Origin: Paraspadella gotoi
Lineage: Eukaryota > Animalia > Chaetognatha
DNA: 64,000 nt
Reading direction: 5' to 3'
NCBI GenBank assembly: GCA_051294375.1
Contig: CM119268.1
Location: 8,737,008 to 8,801,007, forward strand
The notes beneath the pieces were generated by a model that was not told the DNA's origin, did no database searches, and worked only from the letters and a program-made list of their open reading frames with translations. Made by a program: the position numbers and the translations under genes. Positions 37,164-49,000 of this stretch are shown here, one piece after another (the stretch's first letter is position 1; each line of letters starts with the position of its first letter).

Positions 37164-39306
37164 TTATTTTTTCGCATAAGGTTTAAAACAATGTCGTTGA
37201 ATCAGTTCTTTCATGATTTCATTGCTTCCGCCATAAATTGCTTGAACTCTTGCGTCAGCCCAAGCTTTGGCAATCGGATATTCCCACATATACCTAGCAG
37301 TGTTATGGATATTAGGTATTAGTTGCTTTCCAGAAAATAAAATTATAGGTCAAGATGACCTAAACTGTCTTGGGCACACTTTTCGTTGGTAGCTTACCCC
37401 CATCCACCGTGCATTTGCAGACACTTGGTGGCGATTTGATTCTGTATCTCAGAAACCCAGTATTTTGCCATAGAAGCAGAGTTCGAATCAAGTCCGCGCT
37501 CGTTGTGTATCTCGTTACACTTGTCTACGAAGGTTCTAGCCACAACCGTATCTGAATGAAAAAATTATTCATAGTTACAAGTTGTTTTATAGTTATTAAT
37601 ATAAGTAAATATAAAAGTATAACTGGGAGGTGGGACGGATATGGTAGAATTAATTTAACAACGAAAAAAGTGTTTTATCGCCATCATTGTCTTTGTAAAC
37701 ACAAAAAACTAGAATGTACTAAAATGGGCACTATTAAATGGATAGTATTAGACTTGTATTGGCAAGAATAGACTAAGAGCCAACCTGTGTAGACTTCGGC
37801 TATTTTGTGCTGTATCGTCTGCAGGTTGGAAAGGGTCCCTCCAAAGGCTTTCCGCTCGGCGACATAATTTCGCGTCGACTCGAACATAAATTCCATAGAG
37901 GAGGCACACATTGTAGCGATAAGAAGACGTTCTTGAGGCAATTCGTTCATCATCATGTAGAATCCTTCGTTTTCTTTGCCTTGACGAAATTATCAAGAAA
38001 TTTGTATCAAGAAGTTAACTAAGGCGAATCTTTTTTGGGATGCTAACCCAACATGGCGGATTTTGGAACCCGAACGTCGTCAAAGAAAAGTTCGGCTGTA
38101 TCCTGCGCTTTGAGGCCCAATTTTTTCAACTTGGAGCCTTTTTTAAAACCGGACATTCCTTCCTCCACCAGGAATAAAGAAATGCCGTGAGCGGGCGTCT
38201 TGGCCGAAGGATTGGTGACGGCGACGACGATGACGACGTCAGACAACCAACCATTGGTGATGAAGACTTTGCTTCCGTTGATGATCCAATCATCACCATC
38301 TTTCTTAGCCGAGGTTCGAATTCCCTATGACCGTTTTTTAAATTAAAAAAAAAATAATTTCACTAATCAATTAGACGCTGAAATTAAATTCTCTCTAAAA
38401 TTTAATTCAAATACAAGCACCTGAAGATCGCTCCCGGCGCCCGGTTCCGTCATCGCCAGAGCTCCGATTTTTATTCCGGCAGTCATGTCCGGAATAAATT
38501 TATCGATCTGTTCTTTAGTGCCGTATCTAACAGTATCATATAACATTGCTTAATCTTTAGAAGGAGGCGTAATATTAATAAGGAAAATGACTTAAGCCTT
38601 TAGCGCTTAAGACCTGTGGATATATGGCATTACGATGTCATTGTGCAAAGCCCAGCCGGGTCCGGAGCAATTGGCATAACTCAACTCTTCCATGGGAATG
38701 GTTGTAGCAAGCCAGTCGCCTCCTGCAAGATTCAGTCAAAGGGCTGTGAAAGGGAGACTCCGTCGGAGGACAGTGGAACCAAAGTGAAAGATTGCTCACC
38801 CAGTCCTCCACTTTCCTCGGGAATGTTGATGCCCAAAAGCCCGTTTTCTCCCGCCTTCAGCCAAAGTTCTCTATCAACCTCGCCTCGTTCCTCCCATTTG
38901 TCATGGTGCGGTACCACCTCTTCCTGAATGAACCTGCAAATCGGGCAGGAGTTGGAAGATCAACCCATTGTAGACACTTTTGCCAGGCATCAATTTCCCC
39001 GACCTTCGAATGTTGGCTCGGAGCATATCATGCTCTTCGCTATACACCGATCGCGTTCCGATTTCCATCAAATTAGTCGTTTCCCAATTTTCCGGCCGAA
39101 TCGGAGTTCCGTCTTCTCTAACCGCCGGGCGAGCCTGTTGGCTACAAACGACAGGGTACTGTAGTAAGGAAAACGACATAATTTACAATTATATGAACCA
39201 ACCTCTTCGACGAACTCCCAGAAACATGGCGAGCCGCGGTAGCACCAACTCGGCTCTTCAAACCACCCAACAAGCGTTGAGAAAGGCGTCCGATGGAAAC
39301 CGACAT
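37164..39306 (-). CDS. ACADL: Long-chain acyl-CoA dehydrogenase, mitochondrial (multi-exon)
   Basis: Basic presequence; AMTEPGAGSDLQG, INGSKVFITNG, AQDTAELFFDDVRVP, catalytic ELPQERL and IYGGSNEIMKELI. All introns are GT-AG. Confidence 0.93.
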
Positions 39307-40801
39307 CTCAAAGAATTAAATTTTAAAAAATTAAAAAAACAAGACTCCTTTTAATATTAAATAAACGCCGATTCTTCACGCTTCAAATTCGTACGAATTA
39401 AGTGGCAGGCAGACAAATCCACAATCGTGTTTAATTTCCGACTGTTTTGTGTATGCTGGTTTTCGTTAGGTAGGGTCTAGGGACTAGGGTCTAGGGACTA
39501 GATTTTAGAAAACAGGTTTTTCGACGGATCGACGATGCGACCATCGACATAAAAGATGAAAAAGAAATTTATTGGTTTAAAATGCTTTTAATGGTTTCAG
39601 TGGTTGCTAAAGAAAAAACCGCGTAAAATTCAATCAAATCCTCAATTTTTTACGGGTAAAACTCCTTTAACAACGGAAAAAAGAAATAAATTGCGATCTT
39701 GACAGGAGAGATGTCCTGACCCATTTTGTTCATTTGTTCATGTTTGGGCGGCGGCGCGCGCGTCGCTCCTCCACCTCCTTTTCCCTCTGTACCAAGTCGT
39801 CCTCATCGTTGTCGTCGTCGTTCTCGGCTTCTCTCCCGCCACCGCCACCGCCGCAGCCACGCCTCGGCCTTACCTTCTCCCGTTCTCGTCCATCCCGACC
39901 TGTTCAAGCCTTTTTTTATTTATATAATTCGCGGTACGTAATCTCAAATATTTAGGGTTTCGGTGTTTGGTCGAGGAAGTTGAGACTCAAAATTCTTCGT
40001 CTCTCGTCTGCTTTTTTGTAATTTTTTTACGTCGTAACTGAAAATATGGGCGGTTGTCGGTGTTGCGTAGGCGGAATGCCAAGCCCGGTGATCGTCAAAA
40101 TTTTAATTCATTTCTGGGAAATTTGCTGACAATAATAGAATTGAATTCCTAATTTGACTTTTATTTTGTAGATCCGCCAAATTAACCCTTATAACAACCA
40201 CTAACCATGAAAATAAATCTTGGAAAATACTGGAGGTAAAGGATTGCCCAAGGACTAAAAGTTATCATATGATTTTATTATTAAATTACTTAACCAATTT
40301 TTTTAGCGTTTAGAATTCTGTTACTATATTTGTCATCATTCCAAAAAATTCAAAATAGACGCCACAGGAAACCTCTGTTGAAGCATCAAAATATTTTTAG
40401 CCGGATCTGCTTACAGTAGATCCCGGCTCTATAATTCACTTTGTCGGTTCATCGGTCCACTCCCACAATCTTGTCAGTAAGTCACTTAAATCATGTCAGA
40501 ACATCAAGTTATGATAAATTATGAAAAAAAAATTGTCTATCAGTCTGTCCATCTCTCCTTAGCTTTGAACGCTATTACTCAGGAGTTGAAAGGGCGATTT
40601 ATGTTAGGACCCGCCGGTCCGTCCCTCCAGAAAAACGCCCCGAGAATCTTTGATTCGAGGAACTTCTATTGGCGAGCCGCTTCGGTCGTTCAGGGAAACC
40701 CTCAAAGGCAAGAATTGGCGGCCGAAGTGGATCGACGATGATATCAAACAGTTTATCTCTTTGAGTTTCTGAAGAATTCTTAAAAAGGGTACCCTTAATA
40801 C

Positions 40802-41268
40802 CTTGCAGAAACCTGCTATGTTATTATCTTGTAAGTGTGATGGAGGCCTTAAACCACCAAAGCCTGTCCAAAGTCAGGGACAAGATAGCTTATTTATTAA
40901 ATGAATGGATAATTTTTATATTGGTTGTACCAATTTCATAAAATTCAGCTCCTTGTATTTTGATGCTAGTGCGGAGTACAATATAGTATTCCCCGATCTA
41001 ATACTTAAGGGAGTGGTCTTTTCATACAATTGAAACATTCTTTGAAATATTTATACCACTTCATTGATAGGGAAGCCAGGTTCACTGGGAGTGAATAAAT
41101 AAGACTGTGAGAGAGTCTTGATTGAAAGCTTGCAGAAACCTGCTATGTTATTATCTTGTAAGTGTGATGGAGGCCTTAAACCACCAAAGCCTGTCCAAAG
41201 TCAGGGACAAGATAGCTTATTTATTAAATGAATGGATAATTTTTATATTGGTTGTACCAATTTCATAA
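40802..41268. repeat. 327-bp-period tandem duplication (about 1.4 units) of an interspersed repeat
   Basis: CTTGCAGAAACCTGC... starts at 40802 and again at 41129, identical for about 140 bp. Confidence 0.85.
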
Positions 41269-43061
41269 TCAAAGCATATAGATATTCAAACAGTACACAA
41301 AATAATATCAAAAATCATTATTTAATCATTTAAAAGAATTACAATGTATTATATAAAGAAAACGTAATGATTCAGAACGCAATGAAATAATACTGAAAAA
41401 ATACTGAATTTCGACAAAAATAACTGAATCACGACGATGACGAATGTAGAGAAAAGATCATAAATAAACGGTAAATCCTTGTGACGACGTAATAAAGTTT
41501 AAACACAGATATCACGATTTGTGAGTCTTTGGATCTAACATTTACTCGAAATTTTGTTGGTGAGGAAAGTATGTAATTGAGCAGGAAATCAATTTCAATG
41601 GAATGAGTGAAAATGGGTTTAAATGGTTTGATTTTTTGGTTTTTTTTTGTATTAAATGTAAATTCAAGCTGCATTAATTATTAATTAATTTATCAATCAA
41701 TCAAAAACTAATCAATCAATAAGTTATCAATCAATTAGAAAAAGTCGTCGTCGCCATCATCGTCGTCGTTGTTTTTTGTCCTTGCATCATTTTTGCAACT
41801 TGCATCCTTAATTAATAAATTACCGCTAATGATCGTGGACAGATCCGTCATTGTTGCTCAAACTTAGTTTATTATCTGCTTAGCTTTAGGGTTAAGAATT
41901 CTGTAGAAGTAGTTTGAGTAGAAATAAGAAAAAGTTTAGAGCAATTTACGCGCAAACAAATTGTGCTGATTTATTTCTGACGATTTGGGTCGGTAATGTG
42001 AATTAATATGATATTATGGACTTGTATTTACCGGATGTTCTCCCTTTTTTTATCGTAGTTTTCCTTTCCGCTGGTTTTGTAACAAACTTTTTGGTATAAT
42101 AAATAATCTTAAAATTTTAGCCCAAAATATGTAATTTACTGTAAAATGGCATAATAACGGCCCATATTTCTTTCCCCTTATATGTTGTTAATCCTTTGGT
42201 GTGAATCATATATAGTCATATATAGTGTTTTCAACAGTGTTTTTCTGGGAAAATTTTCCCTATTAATTCCCTGGGGGCCGCCAACATTATTCATCGAAAC
42301 GATGGTCTATTTGCCAAAGAACCAAATCGAATTTTATGCCTCGCAAACGCAGAACAAACACCCTTTGTTTTTTCCTTCCCTTTCAAAGACAAAGTGAAAA
42401 ATTCCCTTTGACAAGTCTGGATAATATTTTATGAAAAACTAACCCCTTTAGATGTTATTTTTTTAACTATACTCTCAATGTTCTGTTACTGAGAAAAATT
42501 CTTTCCCAATTTTTAGGCTTTTCAATCGTAACAGCACAGATGACTGAAGTTGTCTCACTGGAGCGGTAAATCAAAAATTGTGGCAATTTCCGGCTTCTAA
42601 CTTAGAACGAAGGAAAGATTTGATGCAATGTGTATCATGCCATATGCGTTGCAGATTCACCAGGTAAATTACAATCAATTTCTGATTAAAATTTGAGACC
42701 CGAGTTTTTCCCGTGTATTTACGGTCGATAACTCCTTGTAATGAGATGTTTTTATTCATATCAAGTTAATGATACAGATGCACAATAACAACAATCATTA
42801 CAATAAACAATACAGGAGAAATAAATATAAGAGAAACGATTAGGTTGTAGAAAAATTATTTCTAAGTATTTACAGGAATTCGAAATCAATATTCAACTGT
42901 TTACTATTTAAAAAAGCTCAGTTTTTCTTATTCTGAATCGAAAAAACGAAAAACTAAAATCCTAGATTATTTTACCAAACATTGTGTTATTTAAAATCTT
43001 TTAAAACCATTAATTCCTCGCCTGCCCGCTTTTCCCCACAGGTTCTTTTTCCTCTCGTGTC

Positions 43062-46000
43062 ATGGACGTGGCCGTCGCGGAATTCGTCGCGCACACCGGG
43101 TCTGACCCCGGTTTAGCTCGTGACATCCTGGAGAACGCTAAGTGGGACCTTCACGCCGCCTACAATATTTTCAACTCTCTACAACCGTTGGAACAATCGA
43201 GAAATGGATTCTTGGCCAAGATTCCAACGTCGACCGAGCGCGACGATGGCGACGACATCGACGAAGAATCTTATACGTTTCCCCTGAACTCCACCAAAGA
43301 CTCGGTGAAGGAAGACGAAGAGGAACGTGACCCCTCCGAGGATGAGGACGCACCTCCGTCTCCGCGGGAGGATCGTCGATGCATCGACTGCATCAAGTCG
43401 GACAACCTCGTCAACCTTAAAGCCAAGTCCGTTAAAGTAAGTCGAAGTTTACGAAGCTGAGTTCATTTTGCTAACTAGTTTTTAGTTACGCCGCGAGTAC
43501 TCGCGGGGCAACTCAATATAAGTCGGTGGGTCGGTATATTGGTCGATTGGTCGGTTTATCTCACTTACGTTAAAAATGTTCAGAATTCAGGTAATGCTTC
43601 AATGCTTCATCAATTTAGTTCACATTTGGTTGGAAGGAATGGTACCATATGTAGCGGTAGTATTTCATACCCCGTTACTCGTCCGAGAATCAGCAGCACC
43701 TATGGCGCCGCAGGTAGCACGAGCTCCTCCCAACCCAAAAGGACTCGGATTCGCGCCCTGCTGATTCACACAAGAAAGCGCGACAGTGCGTCTAACCCAG
43801 CTGTAGTGACGGACTACAGCCCGACCCTAAGTTCGAGACCTTGTGTACAATGGAAGGTGAACTGCTCGCGGCATCGTCGTGTTACCTCCATCGCCATAGG
43901 TGCTGCTAATTCTCGGACGAGTAACGGGGTATGAAATACTACCGCTACACATAAGACCTTTAACGTGCATATGTATCATACTTGTGCCGTGTTCACCTTA
44001 AAAAAAAACCATATGACCTAAAATTGAATGCAGCATATCTCATAAAATACTGAGGTACTTGTAGACTAGTATAGTATCCGTGAAAGATTGTTGTGCTTAT
44101 TTTTCATACTTGTGCAATGTGCAGTCATGTGACCGCGCAGAACTACGGTCACGTGATCACAAAGTAAATGTTTTAGTTGAAACTTTGCAGATAAGTCATC
44201 AACCATTAGAAGTTTGTTGCATGTCTTTTATGAAAAATTGCAATATTACTTGTTTTACTACATTAGACTTTAATATTAGAGAATTGACAAAGTTTTTGTT
44301 TGCAACGAATTTTATTTATAGTTGAACAGACATGTTTCGACTTGTTTTACAAGTCTTCATCAGCGTTTGATGAAGATGAAGACTTGTAAAACAAGTCGAA
44401 ACATGTCTATTCAACTATAAATAAAATTCGTTGCAAACAAAAACTTTGTCAATTCTCTAATTAATAGTAACAACTAAAAAGAAAGGATTACTTCAATATG
44501 ACTTTAATATTAAAATTTTAAAATAAATGTATTTTATTATTTTAAATAAAATAAGGTTTATATCCGTGCAATTGTATTTTTTTATTATATCATTGTAATT
44601 ATTAAAAAACTTAAATCCCATTTTTCTTAAATCTTTATATTTATATCCTTGATTTTGTAGTTTTTTACTTACAGCCCTGGCTGAAAAATCTGAAAGTCTG
44701 AACAAATTCTTGCATATCTAATTAACTGACTAGTGAAAACTACAAAAGCTGCTTTCCTCGGAATACAACTGTCCATATATGGATAATTAACAATATCAAA
44801 ATTAAAAGCATCTCTTTTATCATAAACGAAAAAAATTAAATTTTGGTTCTGATTTAATGTTTATATCTAAATAATTAACATTTTTATCTGGATCATTTGA
44901 TTTATTTAGGGTCAGAGCTGCTGGATATATACTAGAAAGATGTGTTTGAAGTTCCTGAATATCTGCTGAAAAAAGATCATCTATATATCTGTAACAATTT
45001 TTAAATTTTCTAGCTACTATTAGATTATATTTTGATAAATTTTCTATATAACATGATTCAAAATAAAATAATAATAATTTAGCTATATCTTGACCTGAGT
45101 CTAATCCAATTGGTATACCTAAAGTTTGCTTATAAATTAAAGACCCGAATTTGACAAAAACATTATCTAAAATAAAATTTAAAATAATATGAAGGTCTTT
45201 CTCGGTAAAAGAAATATAGTTCTTTTTTTTTATAGATGAAAAGTATGCTTAAAGTTTACATTAATATATTGTTTATTTTCTCTTGCAAAAATATTTTTGA
45301 ATAATATTTTTAATTTACTTTTTATTTCATTATGTGGGAGTGAGGGATATAATGTTGAAAAGTCATAGCTTTCTAAAAAATCAGTTTTTAGTTGTTTAAT
45401 ATTTACTTATCTTTCGTGGTATCATTTTGATCACAATTGATTTTCTTAGCTTTTATGAGTTTCTTATAAATTTTGACCATTCCATTGCATTCTGCATTGG
45501 TATGCCATTTTAAAGTTAGATTTGAAAAGGCTAATTCAAAATGCCTCGCCCTGGCCCTTGTATTTTAAATGAAGAGGTGAAATTCCTATTTAACTCTCTC
45601 CTCTCTCTCTCTCTCCTTCCCTTCTTCCGATCTTAAAACTTGTTTTACTAAATTTAGATCGCTCAAAAAAATTGGGTTAATTGATCGTCAATGGCTCTCT
45701 ACTTGGAAGGAATTTTGAGGAGTTCCTCCGAAGCTTGTAATCTATCTTACATCCGAGCTCAACTTTTTTTTACCGCTCAACTTTTAACGAGTTTAACCGA
45801 CTCGTTCGTTATCAATTTTTGCTAGCCTAAGAACTCGAAGGCTGAAATCTGATAACATCGGGCGTAAAGAATTATGTCGATACTTGTTAGTATCACCTCG
45901 TGTCATTCTGAAATTGGTTTTATCGCTGGATTTTACCAATTTTTTAATCTTCTCTCCAGTTCAGTTCCTCTAGGCTGCTCCTCTGCAGCTCTCCTCTTGT

Positions 46001-49000
46001 GTTAGGCGGAAAACCAGTTGAGCGTAGAGAGAATATCAAGGGGGGAAAAATTCGGAGAGAGAGAGAAAATACTGCTTTCCCCTCCCCCCTTTTTCCGCTT
46101 CCATTTTTCTCTCCCAGTTCGAGTCGACGCTCATTTGAAAACGCAAACACGCTTCTCGCTCTCACTCGTCCGGGACGAGTTTTTTCTCTCGCTTCGCTCC
46201 ATTCGTTCTTTTTTTTAAAAAAAAATTGACTCCTTTTTTTCCCCGTTCAGGACTGGATCACGTCTGACTGTCCTCACATCGAAGCTTTTCATCCCGGAAA
46301 CCTAATCACCCCGCCCTCATCCTACAACGGATCCTATTGTGACGAAGTTTTTCGTATTCACCGCCAACACCAGCAACAGCAACGTCGTTCTCCTTCCTCG
46401 GGGACCGCTCGACCCAGTAGGACCTCGTCCTCTCCGCGACCTATTTTCGATCCTCGTTACTTGCAACCAACCTTCGAAGGGGAGGAGGGAGAAGAGGAAG
46501 AGCGACGAGGGACGACAGAAACGTCGCCCGCGCCAACCTCGAAACCGCGCCAACGTCGAAACGGTTCCGAAGGCGAGGAGGGCTCGCGCCGTTTGGCCGT
46601 TCCGCCCGTGGAGGCTCGCCAGAAGGCCGCCTCTGGCCCCGGCAACATTAATAATCCCTTTGATCCTAACGTCAAAGGACAAGCGGCCGGGATTTCCGGT
46701 GCCGCGTCAGCGCAATCCTCCATCCGGAATAAATGCGGGTCCGCGCCGAGCGTCGTTGGTGAGTGGAGGATAGGGAAAAAGTGGGAGAGGGATGCGGCTC
46801 GGGTTGGCTCTTCGGAAAATTCTTCCATCATCGTGCTGATCTAGTAAAGTTCGTGTCCTGATATTTGCTCGTTAGGACACAATGAACACATTCGTTTTGG
46901 TCACCGTAACCTTTCCCTGAAATCTACGTACTTTTTGTCCATCGTCTCTTTTCTAAGATTGAAATAATAAATTTTACCGATATCGGACATGGTATTAATG
47001 GTATTTGAGTTCGAGAAAGTTCGTCTTAGAAGATTCCAGTTAATCTATCTGTTTAATGATATGGTGATTTATATTTATTTTTACATTTGCTTTGTATTTT
47101 TGCAACGAAAAAAAATCTTCAGAAACAATTTTAAAAAGATGCAAATCTTTAGTATATTTCAAGGAGAACTTTTTAAATGTCCTTTCCAGAACCGGCGATG
47201 ACCGACGCGACGGTATTAGGATCGTCTCGTCTCGACGACGCCGGATTCGAATCGCCGGCATCGGACAGCGACGCAGAGAGAGCGGCTCCGGTTGTGGAGC
47301 AGCTCAATGGCACCCTCACGAGGAAATTTGCCAGAGGTAGGGTTTTTCGACACGACGGGGGTGTTGGGATCGTTAGTGCCCTTTCTTTGAAGGTCCGATT
47401 TTTTTATTTAAAAGAAAACTACAATAATTGTGGCTTCATTCGCACCCAATCCAACCCCTTTACCGCACTGAAGCTTTGACCGATAAAGAGGCCAAGATCC
47501 TTGCCTTCTGTTTGGACCAATTTGATCGGTCGCGACGTAAGTCGTTCAATATGTCGCTAAACTGTTGTTTGGTAAATCCGCCAATCCTCTGATAATTATT
47601 CTCGCTTGGGTTAGTTAAGGAAATTTGGGTATAAAAATAAAATCAATGCATCTTGAGCTGGCAAAGGGGTAGACTTAGGTTTTCCAGTCACGAAAATGTT
47701 TGTTCCATTCTTTTTTCACGCGTTCACCTTTTTTTTTCCAGGCATCTCAGCCATAGCCGACAATCGTCCGTTGGTGTTTCAAGCTCGATTTCAGGTATAC
47801 TTTTTTTTTCGGGTAAACTTTTGTAAAATTGCGAGTCTTTGACCATTGACCAATCTTCATTAAATATATTTTATATTTTAACATATTACAACAATACCCA
47901 GGTTATGCGAGATATTCAAGAAGATGAAGCCAGCAACAGCCAATACTTTGTCGAAACTCCGCACTATTCTTTCATGCTCCCCGACTTGAGACGCTATGCT
48001 GTCGACTTTCAGGTAAAACTGGAAAACGCATTGGGTTAATTTTACTTTCGCCGACTGGGGTTATGGGGGGGGTTAAGAGTGTTTTAGGGGTGGTAAGAAG
48101 TTTTCTCAAAAACCCCGGTCGGCGAAAGTAAAATTTTACCAATGCGTTTTCGTTATGCAGGAATTTTTGCGGAAAGACCTAGTTGAGACATCTACACTCG
48201 TGTCCTTGGAGAACGCGGGTCGTCTAAATTGGTGGGTGGATAAGGGCGCAGGCCAAACACTACTTCCATTGGCTACATCTGGAGATGGGAATTGTCTCTT
48301 ACACGCAGCGTCATTGGGTGAGTTTGCAATTGCTCTTTTTCTACCCTTATCTGTTAGATAATAATTTCTCTTCCTGTATTTCTCAAGGAATGTGGGGTTT
48401 TCACGACCGTCTTCTTACCCTTCGGAAAGCGCTTCATCATACTTTAACGGCGTCGTCAGCAAAAGGAGCGCTTTGGCGTCGATGGCGATGGCATCAGACA
48501 CTGCAGAATAAGCAAGTCTCGCTGGTGTACAGCGATGCCATTTGGGAGGAGGAGTGGAACAGTCTGGTTAAACTTTCCTCCACCATTCCACGGTTTGTTT
48601 GTAGTTCTGAAAGTTTTGAAACCACAGCGTTATTGCAACGTACTAAAACCCTAATAAACGTAATAAACAGATCGAAACCCGAGTCTTCCGGCAGCTCGGC
48701 CAAACAGGGCACTTCTCCCAAGTTAGTGGGTGGTGGCGGTTCTACGGCGGCGTCTCTCCCGTCCTCCGAAAGTGCCTCCAAGGCGGCGACGTCGCCCAAC
48801 GACCGTAAACCTGAAGATGTTCGCGTGTCGGCTGATCCCGACGGGGGATCGTCGGCTTCGGTCAAGCCGAAGGAACCCGACCCGACGTTTTACGAATCGT
48901 TGGAAGAGTTTCACGTCTTCGTCCTCGCCCACGTCTTACGAAGACCCATCGTCGTCGTCGCCGACACCATGCTCAAGGTTGGGAAGATTTAGGACGGTTA

